Source: an uncultured Spirochaetota bacterium
GTDB taxonomy: Bacteria; Spirochaetota; Spirochaetia; SZUA-6; Fen-1364
Assembly: GCA_963745235.1 (NCBI GenBank)
Contig: CAVUXE010000044.1
Coordinates: forward strand, 98,187-162,186
Reading direction: 5' to 3'
DNA: 64,000 nt
Shown here: in pieces, positions 11,343 to 20,377 of the stretch
How positions within the stretch are numbered: position 1 is the stretch's first letter
How the letters are laid out: every line of letters starts with the position of its first letter
Translations under genes and position numbers: made by a program
Notes under the pieces: model-generated
Database searches by the model: none
Told to the model about the DNA's origin: nothing
Seen by the model: the letters and a program-made list of their open reading frames with translations, nothing else

Positions 11343-11381
11343 TGTTAGTGAGCAGTGAAGGTAGTGTTAATTTTCCGTTAA
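11343..11381 (-). promoter_or_regulatory. Pho box: four TTAACA-like hexamers at 11-bp period upstream of pstS
   Basis: Minus strand TTAACG-N5-TTAACA-N5-TTCACT-N5-CTAACA (plus-strand starts 11376, 11365, 11354, 11343). Confidence 0.8.
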
Positions 11382-11439
11382 TTCTGGGGAGGGGCGCCTT
11401 GCGCACGTCCTTGTGCTCGGCGCCCCTCGACGTCCCTGT

Positions 11440-13191
11440 CTAGGGGGCGCGTCGGCGCCCCTCTTCCAGGGGCAGCCGCATGATGAAGCGCGTCCCGCGG
11501 CCCGGGACGCTTTCCACGCTCACCGTCCCTCCGTGGCTCTGCACGATGTGCTTCACGATCGAGAGCCCGAGCCCGGTTCCTCCGAGCTTCCGGGAGCGCG
11601 ACTTGTCTACAACGTAGAATCGCTCGAAAAGCCGGGGGATGTGCTCTTCCGAAATCCCGATGCCCGTGTCGGAGACCTCGATGCGCATCCACTCCCCCTC
11701 CTCCTTGCAGACGCTCACGCGCACTTCGCCGGTCTCCGTGAACTTCAGGGCGTTGTCCAGGAGATTCACAAGCATCTGCTCCACCAGAAAAAGGTCCGCG
11801 GAAATGGGGGGGAGGGAATCAGGCACGGAGACGTTCAAGGCGAGGCCCTTCGCCTGGGCGCGGTTCGCGAACATTCCCGTGACATCTGCCACGATCCTTC
11901 CCAGGGCCACCGGCTCGCGGGAGCGCTCGACCCCCCGCGCCTCCAACCGGGAGAGAAGAAGGAGGTCCTCAACGATGGCGGACATTCGCTCCGCGTTGCG
12001 GCGAATGGCATCCACCCACCGCTCGGAGTCCCCGGAAAGCTGTCCCTCCAGCATTTCCAGGGATCCCCGGATGGACGTGAGGGGGGTGCGAAGCTCATGG
12101 GAAGCGTTGACAACGAAGTCCCGTTTGACGGTCTCCAGGCGCCTGATGTCGCTCGTGTCATGAAGGACAACGATCAGCTCCTCCCGCCCCGGCATGCGCT
12201 GCACGGTGCACAGCAGCCAGCTCTCTCCGCTGGAAACCTCCTCCGACCTGCGCTCTCCGGTGGACCGTGCTTCCTGCACCAGCTCGATGAGCCGCGGCGC
12301 GCGCACGAGCTCCCACAGCGTCCTTCCCTCCACTTTTCGCGCGCCGACCAGGTCCTCGAACCCCCTGTTGCAGCGCACGACCCGCCCGCTGCGGTCCAGA
12401 AGGATGATGCCCTGCTGAACGGAGGAGAAGATGCCGTCCAGCTCCTGCGCGCGACGTGCGCTGTCCAGGAAGAGCCCCTGGACACGCTCCCCCATCCCGT
12501 TGAACGCCTCCGCCAGCGCGCGGATCTCGTCCCGCCGGCGCAGGTGCAGACGGGCGCCGAAGTCTCCGGAGGCGAACCTCGCGACCGCCCCCGCCAGGTC
12601 CCTCAACGGAGAAAGGATGGACTGGCTGAATCCAAGGGCAAGAAGAAGGCACACGAGCAGGAGGGGCACGGCAAACAAGAGCAGGTTCATGGTCTGACGC
12701 GGGGAGGCGGCCTCCAGCTCCGCTCTCGGACTGCTGGTGCGCACCACGCCGTGGACGCTCCCATTCACGACGACGGGGACAGCGACGTACATGGTCCAGC
12801 GCGGCACGGTGCTGGACAGCCGCAAGGAGATCCCCGTTTCTCCGAGCATTGCGGTGGCAACCTCGGGTCGAAGGGAGTGGTTCTCCATCACGGCGGGGTC
12901 CTGTTCGGAGTCGGCGAGCACCACGCCGCGAGCGTCAATGAGCGTGATCCGCTCTTTCGATTCGCTCGCCATGCGGTGAGTCAGGGAATCCAGGTCCGTG
13001 CTCCTGCCCCTCGCCATGAGTGGTGCAGCTGCCCCGCGGACCGTCAACGCGGCCTGCTCCAGGCCGTGGACAACAGCGTCATACGACATGCTGCGGACAA
13101 GGATGAGTGAGAAGATGAAGAAAGCTGACACGGCCAGGACGCACAGGAGCGCGAAGCGGACGAAAACCCTGCTCAGGAACAGGTGCCTCAC
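11440..13191 (-). CDS. phoR: Phosphate regulon sensor histidine kinase (HAMP-PAS-HisKA-HATPase)
   Basis: Two TM segments, NASHELRTPL, NLLDNALK, DTGIG, ERFYVVDKSRSR, GTGLGL; next to pst operon. Confidence 0.9.
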   Translation of the reverse strand: MRHLFLSRVFVRFALLCVLAVSAFFIFSLILVRSMSYDAVVHGLEQAALTVRGAAAPLMARGRSTDLDSLTHRMASESKERITLIDARGVVLADSEQDPAVMENHSLRPEVATAMLGETGISLRLSSTVPRWTMYVAVPVVVNGSVHGVVRTSSPRAELEAASPRQTMNLLLFAVPLLLVCLLLALGFSQSILSPLRDLAGAVARFASGDFGARLHLRRRDEIRALAEAFNGMGERVQGLFLDSARRAQELDGIFSSVQQGIILLDRSGRVVRCNRGFEDLVGARKVEGRTLWELVRAPRLIELVQEARSTGERRSEEVSSGESWLLCTVQRMPGREELIVVLHDTSDIRRLETVKRDFVVNASHELRTPLTSIRGSLEMLEGQLSGDSERWVDAIRRNAERMSAIVEDLLLLSRLEARGVERSREPVALGRIVADVTGMFANRAQAKGLALNVSVPDSLPPISADLFLVEQMLVNLLDNALKFTETGEVRVSVCKEEGEWMRIEVSDTGIGISEEHIPRLFERFYVVDKSRSRKLGGTGLGLSIVKHIVQSHGGTVSVESVPGRGTRFIMRLPLEEGRRRAP

Positions 13192-13892
13192 TGCCCCTCC
13201 GCCGCCCGCGTGGAGGTGACGAGCTTGTAGCCGATGCCGCGGACGTTCACGATCCTTCCCCCGTGGTCGCCGAGCTTGTCCCGCAGGTGCTTCACGTGCA
13301 CATCGACGGACCTGTCGGTAACGTTCTTTTCGTTCCCCCAGAGGTAGTCGAGGATCTTCTCACGGGAGAACACCCAGCCGACGCGGGAGGCCAGCAGCTG
13401 CAGGATGCGAAACTCAGCCTGCGTCAGCTCCAGGCGCTGCCCCGCCGCGAAAGCCTCCACGGTGTCCGTGTCGATGACAAGCCCGTCACCCGCGTCGATT
13501 CGCGCGCGCGCGGTCTCCGGCGCCGCCCGGCGCAGGACGGCTTTCACCCGTGCGGCAAGCTCCTTGGGGGAAAAGGGCTTCACGACGTAGTCATCCGCAC
13601 CTAGCTCCAGCCCCAGGATCCGGTCTGCTTCCTCCGCTCGCGCCGTCAGGATGATGACCGGGATCGAGGAAAGGCTCCGATCCGCGCGGATGCGCCGGCA
13701 GATTTCGAATCCGTCCGTGTCGGGAAGCATCACGTCCAGGACGACGAGGTCCGGTCTGTCGGCGGCCAGGGACGCGAGGAATCCCTTCCCGTCCGGATGC
13801 TCCCGCACGCGGAAGCGTTCCTTCTTCAGGGCAGCGGTGACGAGCGCTCGAATGTCGTCTTCGTCTTCTACAACCGCCACGAGCTCATTCAT
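13188..13892 (-). CDS. phoB: OmpR/PhoB-family response regulator
   Basis: VVEDE, LDVMLP, GADDYVVKPF, RSVDVHVKHLRDKL, VRGIGY. Confidence 0.85.
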   Translation of the reverse strand: MNELVAVVEDEDDIRALVTAALKKERFRVREHPDGKGFLASLAADRPDLVVLDVMLPDTDGFEICRRIRADRSLSSIPVIILTARAEEADRILGLELGADDYVVKPFSPKELAARVKAVLRRAAPETARARIDAGDGLVIDTDTVEAFAAGQRLELTQAEFRILQLLASRVGWVFSREKILDYLWGNEKNVTDRSVDVHVKHLRDKLGDHGGRIVNVRGIGYKLVTSTRAAEGQ

Positions 13893-13943
13893 TACACAGG
13901 AATGTAGAGCAAACGGAGTCGTTCTGCAATCTCGGACCGGGTT

Positions 13944-15065
13944 TCACAGGACACGGGAGAAGCCAGGCGCCCTTCGAAGTACCCGCGTGACCGCCCAGGG
14001 CAGGCAGACCGCGCAAACAGAAAGCGTTGTCCACTTGATGCCGGGATGGATGGCGAGACCCTTCATGGCCAGCGCGAGCAGGACTACGACGAAAGCGTGC
14101 AGGAGGTAGATGCCGTAGGCTGACTCGCTGAAAGACTCTCCGACCCCCGGCACCACCCATCGGGCCCGGGAAAAAAAACCCAGCGTCACGATGAAAAGTG
14201 ACGTTCCCGTTCCAGCCTCCCAAAGGGCAAACGCCCCGCTTTGCCATGTCAGGCCTCCGAGGAATGGAGCCGTGTCGCGGAGCCCGCCCCCCGCAATCCC
14301 GAGCACGGGAAAGAGCACGAGGCCCAGACCGGCCGCGAGACACCAGAAGCCGATGGGGATGGAGGGGACGGCCTCCAGCCATTGTTCCCTGCCCGCCTTG
14401 ATGCCGGCCGCGAAGAGAATGATGTACATGGGAAAAAAGCCCGGCTGAAGGTTGGAAACCTCGCTCCCGATCGGGAAGGGAATGCGAACCAGGAAACCCA
14501 GCGCCGCCGCTGCCAGGATGTACACAAGGATGCCGCGCCGGCCGGGCAGGCCTTTCGGCAGTCCCGTGCGCAGACCGCGCGGGAGCACGAGCGTCCCCCC
14601 AACGTAAACGAGCGTGAACACGTACAGAGCTTCCAGGAACCAGAGGGGGCCGGAGCCGAACACCGGCCCCGGCGGGATTGCCGCGCCGTTGCCCCAGGAA
14701 GCAGCGGCTTTCACGAGGAACGGGTTGGCAAGAAAGAAGAAGACGGCCAGGGGGATGAGAAGACGGATCGCTCTCTCTTTGAGGAGGTCCCAAACGCCCC
14801 TGCGCGCAAGGGAGCCGGGCAGGAAGAATGCGGAGAGAAAGAAAAACGCGCCCACGGCAAATGACTGCGCAACCGCGCCAACGTATGTTCCGAGAACCTT
14901 CAGCCAGGGCACATCGTGCGGCTCCGTATAATACCAGGACCCTGATGCCCCGTACGTTATGCCGGTGTGGATGAGAACAATGAGGACGACGAGGAAGCCC
15001 CGATACCGTGAGACGAACAGGATCTTCCGCTCCACGGAGGCTACCGGGAGGCGAGCTCCGCCCAC
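13944..15065 (-). CDS. Acyltransferase-3 family (OpgC-like) membrane protein
   Basis: Multiple TM helices; RG..VVL..LIH, FFFLSAFF, GPLWFLEAL, SAYGIYLLH. Confidence 0.8.
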   Translation of the reverse strand: MGGARLPVASVERKILFVSRYRGFLVVLIVLIHTGITYGASGSWYYTEPHDVPWLKVLGTYVGAVAQSFAVGAFFFLSAFFLPGSLARRGVWDLLKERAIRLLIPLAVFFFLANPFLVKAAASWGNGAAIPPGPVFGSGPLWFLEALYVFTLVYVGGTLVLPRGLRTGLPKGLPGRRGILVYILAAAALGFLVRIPFPIGSEVSNLQPGFFPMYIILFAAGIKAGREQWLEAVPSIPIGFWCLAAGLGLVLFPVLGIAGGGLRDTAPFLGGLTWQSGAFALWEAGTGTSLFIVTLGFFSRARWVVPGVGESFSESAYGIYLLHAFVVVLLALAMKGLAIHPGIKWTTLSVCAVCLPWAVTRVLRRAPGFSRVL

Positions 15066-15619
15066 CGGAAGCAGCTCACGAGGTGGTCGTTGATCACGCC
15101 GACCGCCTGCAGGTGGGAGTAGATGATGGTGGAGCCGACGAAGGAGAAACCGCGCGCCTTGAGGTCCTTCGACAGCTTGTCAGAGAGCTCGCTGGTCGGC
15201 GGAATCTCGGACATGGCCTGCCAGTGGTTCACAACCGGCTTGCCCTCGGTCCATCGCCACAGGTAGGCGTCGAATGTGCCGAACTCTTTCTGGACCTCGA
15301 GGAACCTGCGGGCGTTGTTGATGGAAGATTCGATCTTGGCCTTGTTGCGGACGATGCCTGCGTCAGCCAGGAGTCTTTCCCTGTCCCGCTTCCCAAAGCG
15401 CGCAATCCGCACGGGATCGAACCCGCGGTACGCTCGGCGGTACGCGTCGCGCTTGCGCAGCACGGTGAGCCATGACAGGCCTGCCTGCGCTGCTTCCAGC
15501 ACCAGGAACTCGAAATGCCGGGCATCCTCATGGACAGGCACGCCCCACTCCTCGTCGTGGTAATGCGTCATGGCCTCGTCGGTGGCCGCCCATCCGCAGC
15601 GTGCGCGCGTGGAGTTCAT
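15041..15619 (-). CDS. tag: DNA-3-methyladenine glycosylase I
   Basis: RCGW, YHDEEWG, LEAAQAGLSW, GIVRNKAKI, GVINDHLVSCFR; start reset to ATG 15619. Confidence 0.95.
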   Translation of the reverse strand: MNSTRARCGWAATDEAMTHYHDEEWGVPVHEDARHFEFLVLEAAQAGLSWLTVLRKRDAYRRAYRGFDPVRIARFGKRDRERLLADAGIVRNKAKIESSINNARRFLEVQKEFGTFDAYLWRWTEGKPVVNHWQAMSEIPPTSELSDKLSKDLKARGFSFVGSTIIYSHLQAVGVINDHLVSCFRWAELASR

Positions 15620-16485
15620 GGGGACCCCTTTTTCGAGCAGCTGGCGCAGAACCAGTCGATCAAATGTCGGGCAACGGTCATCGGTCCGGGGATTTCCGGC
15701 AGCGCGTCGGCGGTGTACCACTGCGCATCCTTGATCTCGACGCCGTCTACCTGGATTTCTCCGCCGGCATGTTCCGCGGTGAAGGCAATCATCAGGGAAT
15801 GAGGGAACGGCCAGGGCTGGCTTGCGAAATACCGCAGGTTGGAGATTTCGATCCCGGTCTCCTCGCGTACCTCGCGGCGCACGCACTCCTCCAGAGTCTC
15901 CCCCGGCTCCACGTACCCTGCCAGGACGCTGTGCAGGCCGTGCGGGAACCTCGCCGCGCGCGCAAGGAGGATCCGGTCCCCCCGCACCACGGCCATGATG
16001 ACTGCCGGGGAAATGCGGGGGTAGCTCAGGCCCCCACAGGCAGGGCATTCCCGCGCCCGCTCTCCCTTCTTCAGCGTTGTGCCCGTTCCGCACCTTCCGC
16101 AGAAGCGGTGGGAGAGGTCCCACTCCACGATCTCCAGCGCGCGCGCGGCGACCGCGAAGAAGGCGTAGGACATCCCGTCGAAGAGTGACCTCAGCCCTTC
16201 GAACCGAAAGCCCTCGGGAGCAGGGGTACCGAGGGAGATGCTCGCGGCCCTGCAGGCATGACCGTTCGCCGTCCCCAGGACATGGGTGCAGTCGCTTGAA
16301 AGCCCGATGGAGCCCAGGTCATTCGCCAACGGGATGCGCGTCTGTCCATTCCTGCTCTCAATGAGGATGGCGCTCCCCTGACACGCGAACCAGAAGGAGG
16401 ATCCCGGGGCAGCCTGGTCGGGGTCGATCCCCGGCACAAAGCTCTCAAATGAGGAAAGCAGACCTGGCGGCTCATATTTGCCCAC
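15616..16485 (-). CDS. nudC: NADH pyrophosphatase NudC
   Basis: Zn ribbon FCGRCG..CPAC, YPRISPA, Nudix box AGYVEPGETLEECVRREVREETG, SQPWPFPHSLM. Confidence 0.95.
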   Translation of the reverse strand: MGKYEPPGLLSSFESFVPGIDPDQAAPGSSFWFACQGSAILIESRNGQTRIPLANDLGSIGLSSDCTHVLGTANGHACRAASISLGTPAPEGFRFEGLRSLFDGMSYAFFAVAARALEIVEWDLSHRFCGRCGTGTTLKKGERARECPACGGLSYPRISPAVIMAVVRGDRILLARAARFPHGLHSVLAGYVEPGETLEECVRREVREETGIEISNLRYFASQPWPFPHSLMIAFTAEHAGGEIQVDGVEIKDAQWYTADALPEIPGPMTVARHLIDWFCASCSKKGSP

Positions 16486-16561
16486 CCCAGGACGTTAGCA
16501 GGAAAAGAGCCGAAAGGAAAGTGCGTCAGAAGGGATCAAATTGGGACTTTATAGTACTAAT

Positions 16562-16578
16562 TGTATCATAATGATACA
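16562..16578. promoter_or_regulatory. Palindrome TGTATCAT-A-ATGATACA, candidate enhancer-binding-protein UAS
   Basis: Perfect 8-1-8 inverted repeat about 100 bp upstream of a sigma54-like promoter in an AT-rich intergenic region. Confidence 0.55.
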
Positions 16579-16666
16579 TTTCTCAGCAAGTCCACTGAGA
16601 AACGTCAGATGCTCAAGAGTAGTCTAATTATTTACAGGTCATATAGTTATTCATCAGAATCTTCAC

Positions 16667-16683
16667 TTGGCATGATTCATGCA
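16667..16683 (+). promoter_or_regulatory. Sigma54 (-24/-12) promoter of Hsp20 gene
   Basis: TTGGCATGATTCATGCA vs consensus YTGGCACG-N4-TTGCW; GG and GC exactly 12 bp apart; AGGAGG RBS downstream. Confidence 0.7.
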
Positions 16684-16725
16684 GCGTATATGTCGAGATT
16701 CATGAAAGCAATTAGGAGGTACGAT

Positions 16726-17151
16726 ATGAACCTGATCCGTTATTCACCGAGCTCGCTGGATCTGCTGGACAACGTTTCCAGCTGGTTCGACGACATGTTC
16801 GTGGGGCCGGTATTCGGCAAGTCGACTGTTCCTGCGGTTGACGTGAAGGAGACCGACTCCGAGTTCCTCATGGAGGTCGAGCTGCCGGGGCTGTCCGAGA
16901 AGGACGTCGAGGTGAAGCTGGACAACAACCTGCTCACCATTTCCTCCCGCAAGGAAGACAAGAAGGAGGAGAAGAAGAACGGCTATATCATGCGCGAGCG
17001 CAGGTCGGCCAGCTTCAGCAGGAGCTTTGTTCTTCCCGAGGGGATCGACAGGGAAAAGATTGCCGCGGAGTTCAAGGACGGCGTCCTCAACCTGAGCTTC
17101 CCCAAGACACCGGCTGCGAAACCCAAGACCATCGAAGTAAAAAAGAGCTGA
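16726..17151 (+). CDS. Hsp20/alpha-crystallin small heat-shock protein
   Basis: PAVDVKET, ELPG, RERRSASFSRSFVLP, AEFKDGVL, C-terminal IEV motif; AGGAGG RBS. Confidence 0.95.
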   Translation: MNLIRYSPSSLDLLDNVSSWFDDMFVGPVFGKSTVPAVDVKETDSEFLMEVELPGLSEKDVEVKLDNNLLTISSRKEDKKEEKKNGYIMRERRSASFSRSFVLPEGIDREKIAAEFKDGVLNLSFPKTPAAKPKTIEVKKS

Positions 17152-17205
17152 CAGATCGATTCGTCGGGGGGGCTTGCAGGGCAGCCCTCCTCAAAAAAAG
17201 TGTTC

Positions 17206-17242
17206 AAGCCGCTCGTGGCCGACGAGGCACGAGCGGCTTTTT
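17206..17242 (+). terminator. Rho-independent terminator between convergent hsp20 and kinase genes
   Basis: AAGCCGCTCGTG-N10-CACGAGCGGCTT followed by T-run. Confidence 0.75.
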
Positions 17243-18761
17243 CTATTTCACGAACGTCAGGAACTTCGCGTACGCCTTTTCCCAGGTGTCCCGATCCCGC
17301 GGAGCGAACTCGCGGATGGGGAACGCGGCGCGGATCATGGCCTTGGCCTCGGAAAGCTTCTGGATGATCCCCAGCCCCATTGCCTGGACCATCGCATTGC
17401 CCACGGCCGTCGCTTCTTCGGGGCCGGCCACCACCTTCATCCCGCACGCATTCGCGGCCAGCTGGTTGAGAAAGGCGTTTTTCGATCCGCCGCCCACGAT
17501 ATGGATGACGGAATTGGCCTTCCCGCTCGCCGCGCTGATCTGCTCCGCCACCTGCCCGGTACTTCAGCGCGAGGCTTTCGTAGACCACACGGAGCGTGGT
17601 ACCCCTGTCTCGCGGCGGCTCCTGCCCCGTGCGGCGGCAGAAGGCCACAATTGCCTCTTCCATGTTCGACGGGTTGTAGAAACCGGGGTCATCGGGATCG
17701 ATGAAAGCCGAAAGCGGAGTCCCCTTCTCCGTCAGGCGGTTCATCTCTTCCCAGTCCAGCTCTTTGCCGTCGCGCGTCCGCCACGCGCGGCGCAGCTCCT
17801 GGACCAGCCATGTGCCCATGCAGTTCTTCAGGAGCCGGATGTTGCCGATCCCTCCCTCGTTGCTGATGTTGAACGCCATCGCCTCGTCCGTCGTGATGGG
17901 CTTGCGCACCAGCTTGCCGACCAGGGACCAGGTCCCCGAGCTGATGATGAGCGCATTCGCCGGGTTCCCGACAGGCGCCGCGGCGTAGGCGCTGGCCGTA
18001 TCATGGGAGCCGACCGCGACGATCCGGGCCCGGTTGAGGCCCAACGCGCTGGCCAGCTCCGCCCGCAGCTCTCCGATCACTGCTCCGGGGGCCACGATCT
18101 CCGGCATCAGCCACGCGGGAATCCCCAGGGCACGAAGGATCTCGCGGCTCCACTTGCGCTTCTTGGAATCCATGAGCTGCGTCACGCTGGCCCACGAAGA
18201 ATCGATGGCCGTCACCCCGCCGAGGTAGTAGGTGAAGAGCGTCGTCACGGGGAAGAACCGCACACCCTTCTTCACGAGCCCGGCCCTGTTCTGCATGAGC
18301 CAGAGAAGCTGGTTCGACACGTTGAAGGGCTGAAAATGGATGCCGGTGATCTGGTAGACGCGCCGCGTGTCCACCCGGGATTTCAGCTCCGCCACCATGC
18401 CGTCCAGCCGGTGGTCACGGTAGCTGTACATGTGCCCCAGCGTGACCCCATCTTCGGTGACCAGGGTGCCGTCCGTTCCCCAGGCGTCCAGTCCGAGCGA
18501 ATCAGCCTTTTCCCCCACCTCGCGCCGATAAGCCCGAAGCCCCTGCAGGATCTGGGCGTAGATATACAGCTCGTCCCAGAAGGTGCGCTCCTCCACCTTG
18601 CCGGACCGATCCGTCATGTAGACGGTTGTCGCCTCATGGCTGAAGCGATGGACTTCCCGCAGGGCGAATCCCTTCCCGTCGAACGTCCCGGCAAAGCACT
18701 TCCCGCCGGAAGCCCCGATATCGACCGCAATGACTTTTGCGCTTTTCTCCACCCCATTCAT
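17243..18761 (-). CDS. Rhamnulokinase/FGGY-family sugar kinase (frameshift near 17555)
   Basis: AVDIGASGG, YSYRDHR, GSHDTASA, SSGTWSL, SNEGG, VYESLALKY, then HIVGGGSKN...EATAVGN in other frame. Confidence 0.88.
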
Positions 18762-18839
18762 AGCCAGCACCGTATCACCGGGACCGAGGAGAGGCAAGCT
18801 TGACCCTGGATCACGCGGCAGCTACGTTGACTCGATATC

Positions 18840-19406
18840 ATGGCCACGATATTCAACCGGCTCGCGGAGTCGATCAGCTCCACCTGGAGGCTTCTCTCGG
18901 ACACCACCAACTTTCTCAGCAGGATGAAGCTGCTGGACCAGTACGAGACGGAGCTCAGGAGCTGGCGCGAACGGCTCTTGCGCAACCGCAACAACTCGCA
19001 GATGGTGCGGGAGATCCGGGAGGATATCGTGGCCCTCCGCACGCTCCTGCGCTCCCGGGGGTATGACCTTCGCCTGGGGTCCAAGGACGTCATGATCGAG
19101 GGATGGAGACACGACGACGCCATGGGGGAAGGGTTTCGACGCATCGTGCTGGGCCTCGCGGAGGACGACGTGTACTACGTGGCGGGAGATGCCAACCACA
19201 ACGAGCTTGCGGAGGCGCTGGAGAGCCAGTGCCGCTCCCGGCGCAGGTGCAAGCCATACGCCCTGCACTGCCTCTGGTACCGCTGGCGCAGCGACCTCCT
19301 GGTGCTTTCCGGCGCCGCGTCGGAGACAGCGGAGCAGTTCGAGGAGTTTCGCCGCTACTTCCAGGCAAACAAAGAGCTTCTCCTGAGGAAGCTCTCCCGG
19401 CTGTAA
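18840..19406 (+). CDS. Hypothetical protein
   Basis: 188-aa ORF filling the gap, protein-like composition, no motif recognised. Confidence 0.65.
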   Translation: MATIFNRLAESISSTWRLLSDTTNFLSRMKLLDQYETELRSWRERLLRNRNNSQMVREIREDIVALRTLLRSRGYDLRLGSKDVMIEGWRHDDAMGEGFRRIVLGLAEDDVYYVAGDANHNELAEALESQCRSRRRCKPYALHCLWYRWRSDLLVLSGAASETAEQFEEFRRYFQANKELLLRKLSRL

Positions 19407-19408
19407 GG

Positions 19409-20353
19409 CTACTTCGGCTGGTGGTCGGGACAGAAGGTATGGGAAAAAAGCATCCCGGTCCTGCGCGCCACGTAGTCTGCCAGGGAGACCCATTCCTCCT
19501 GCGAACCGTTTGCCACGCGAATGCGCCGGCAGACAGAGCAGATGGGAAGGATGTGCTCCACCTGGCGCGCCAGGTCCCTCAGCATCACCAGCTCCGTGAC
19601 GTCCCGGGCTATTCCCTGGGTGCCCTGTGAGCCCTCCGGCAGGTCTCCGCCGGGGCCGCCGGGGACGCGCGGACCCAGGCCGAAAGAGCTGAGGGAGACA
19701 TAGACGAAATCCAGGTCGTACTGCCGCGGCGCGCCGGCCTTTGTGGAGAGCCTGATCTGCAGGTTCCTCGTTGCTCGCTGGGACCTTCGACGCTCCCGCA
19801 GCGGCCAGTACGCAACCTGCCTGTCATCAGGGTGCACGATGTCCACCAGCTCCCTCCCCAGGAGCTCTGCCTTCGAATACCCCAGGAGAGACTCCACGGT
19901 GTCGTTGATGAAGATGGTCCGGCCGGCAGCGTCCAGGACGTAGATGATGGCCGGGGAATGCTCGACAAGGCCCTGGTACAGGACGTCCATCCTGTCCAAC
20001 TCCTCCTGGAGCTGGACCTTGATGGTCGTGTCGCGAAAGACGAGCAGCCACCCGGAAAGCTTCCCCATGTCGTAGCGGGGGACGGAGATGAGCTCGGTCG
20101 GGATCTCCATGCCGAATGTGGTCTGCAACCGAATGGGGAGCCCCGGAAGGATGGAGCCTGTCCGCTCGATTGAGAATATCGCCTGCAGCTCCTTCTGGGA
20201 CACGGGTGCTATGATGGAGTCCAGGTGGTACCCGATCACGTCGTCCTGGCGGAAGCCCGTCACTTCCTCTGCGGCCTTGTTCCAGAAGAGGAGCACCCCT
20301 TCCTCGTCGCAAAGGGCAACCATCTCCTGGAGCTCATCAGCGTCAATGTTCAA
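19409..20353 (-). CDS. Two-PAS-domain protein with C-terminal Cys/His (zinc-ribbon-like) domain
   Basis: PAS motifs WNKAAEEVTGF and INDTVESLLGYS..VHPDD; tail LPICSVCRRIR...W...FSHTFCPDH. Confidence 0.8.
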   Translation of the reverse strand: MNIDADELQEMVALCDEEGVLLFWNKAAEEVTGFRQDDVIGYHLDSIIAPVSQKELQAIFSIERTGSILPGLPIRLQTTFGMEIPTELISVPRYDMGKLSGWLLVFRDTTIKVQLQEELDRMDVLYQGLVEHSPAIIYVLDAAGRTIFINDTVESLLGYSKAELLGRELVDIVHPDDRQVAYWPLRERRRSQRATRNLQIRLSTKAGAPRQYDLDFVYVSLSSFGLGPRVPGGPGGDLPEGSQGTQGIARDVTELVMLRDLARQVEHILPICSVCRRIRVANGSQEEWVSLADYVARRTGMLFSHTFCPDHQPK

Positions 20354-20377
20354 AGGGTGTCCCCGGGTGCCTTGCTC

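Noticed and set aside
878-13110. Long plus-strand ORFs (e.g. 3351-4364, 5071-6294, 11413-13110)
   Set aside because: Antisense shadows of well-supported minus-strand genes in high-GC DNA.
16541-16560. CIRCE-like TTGGGACTT..TAGTACTAA upstream of hsp20
   Set aside because: Half-sites are degenerate and spaced 2 nt rather than the required 9 nt.
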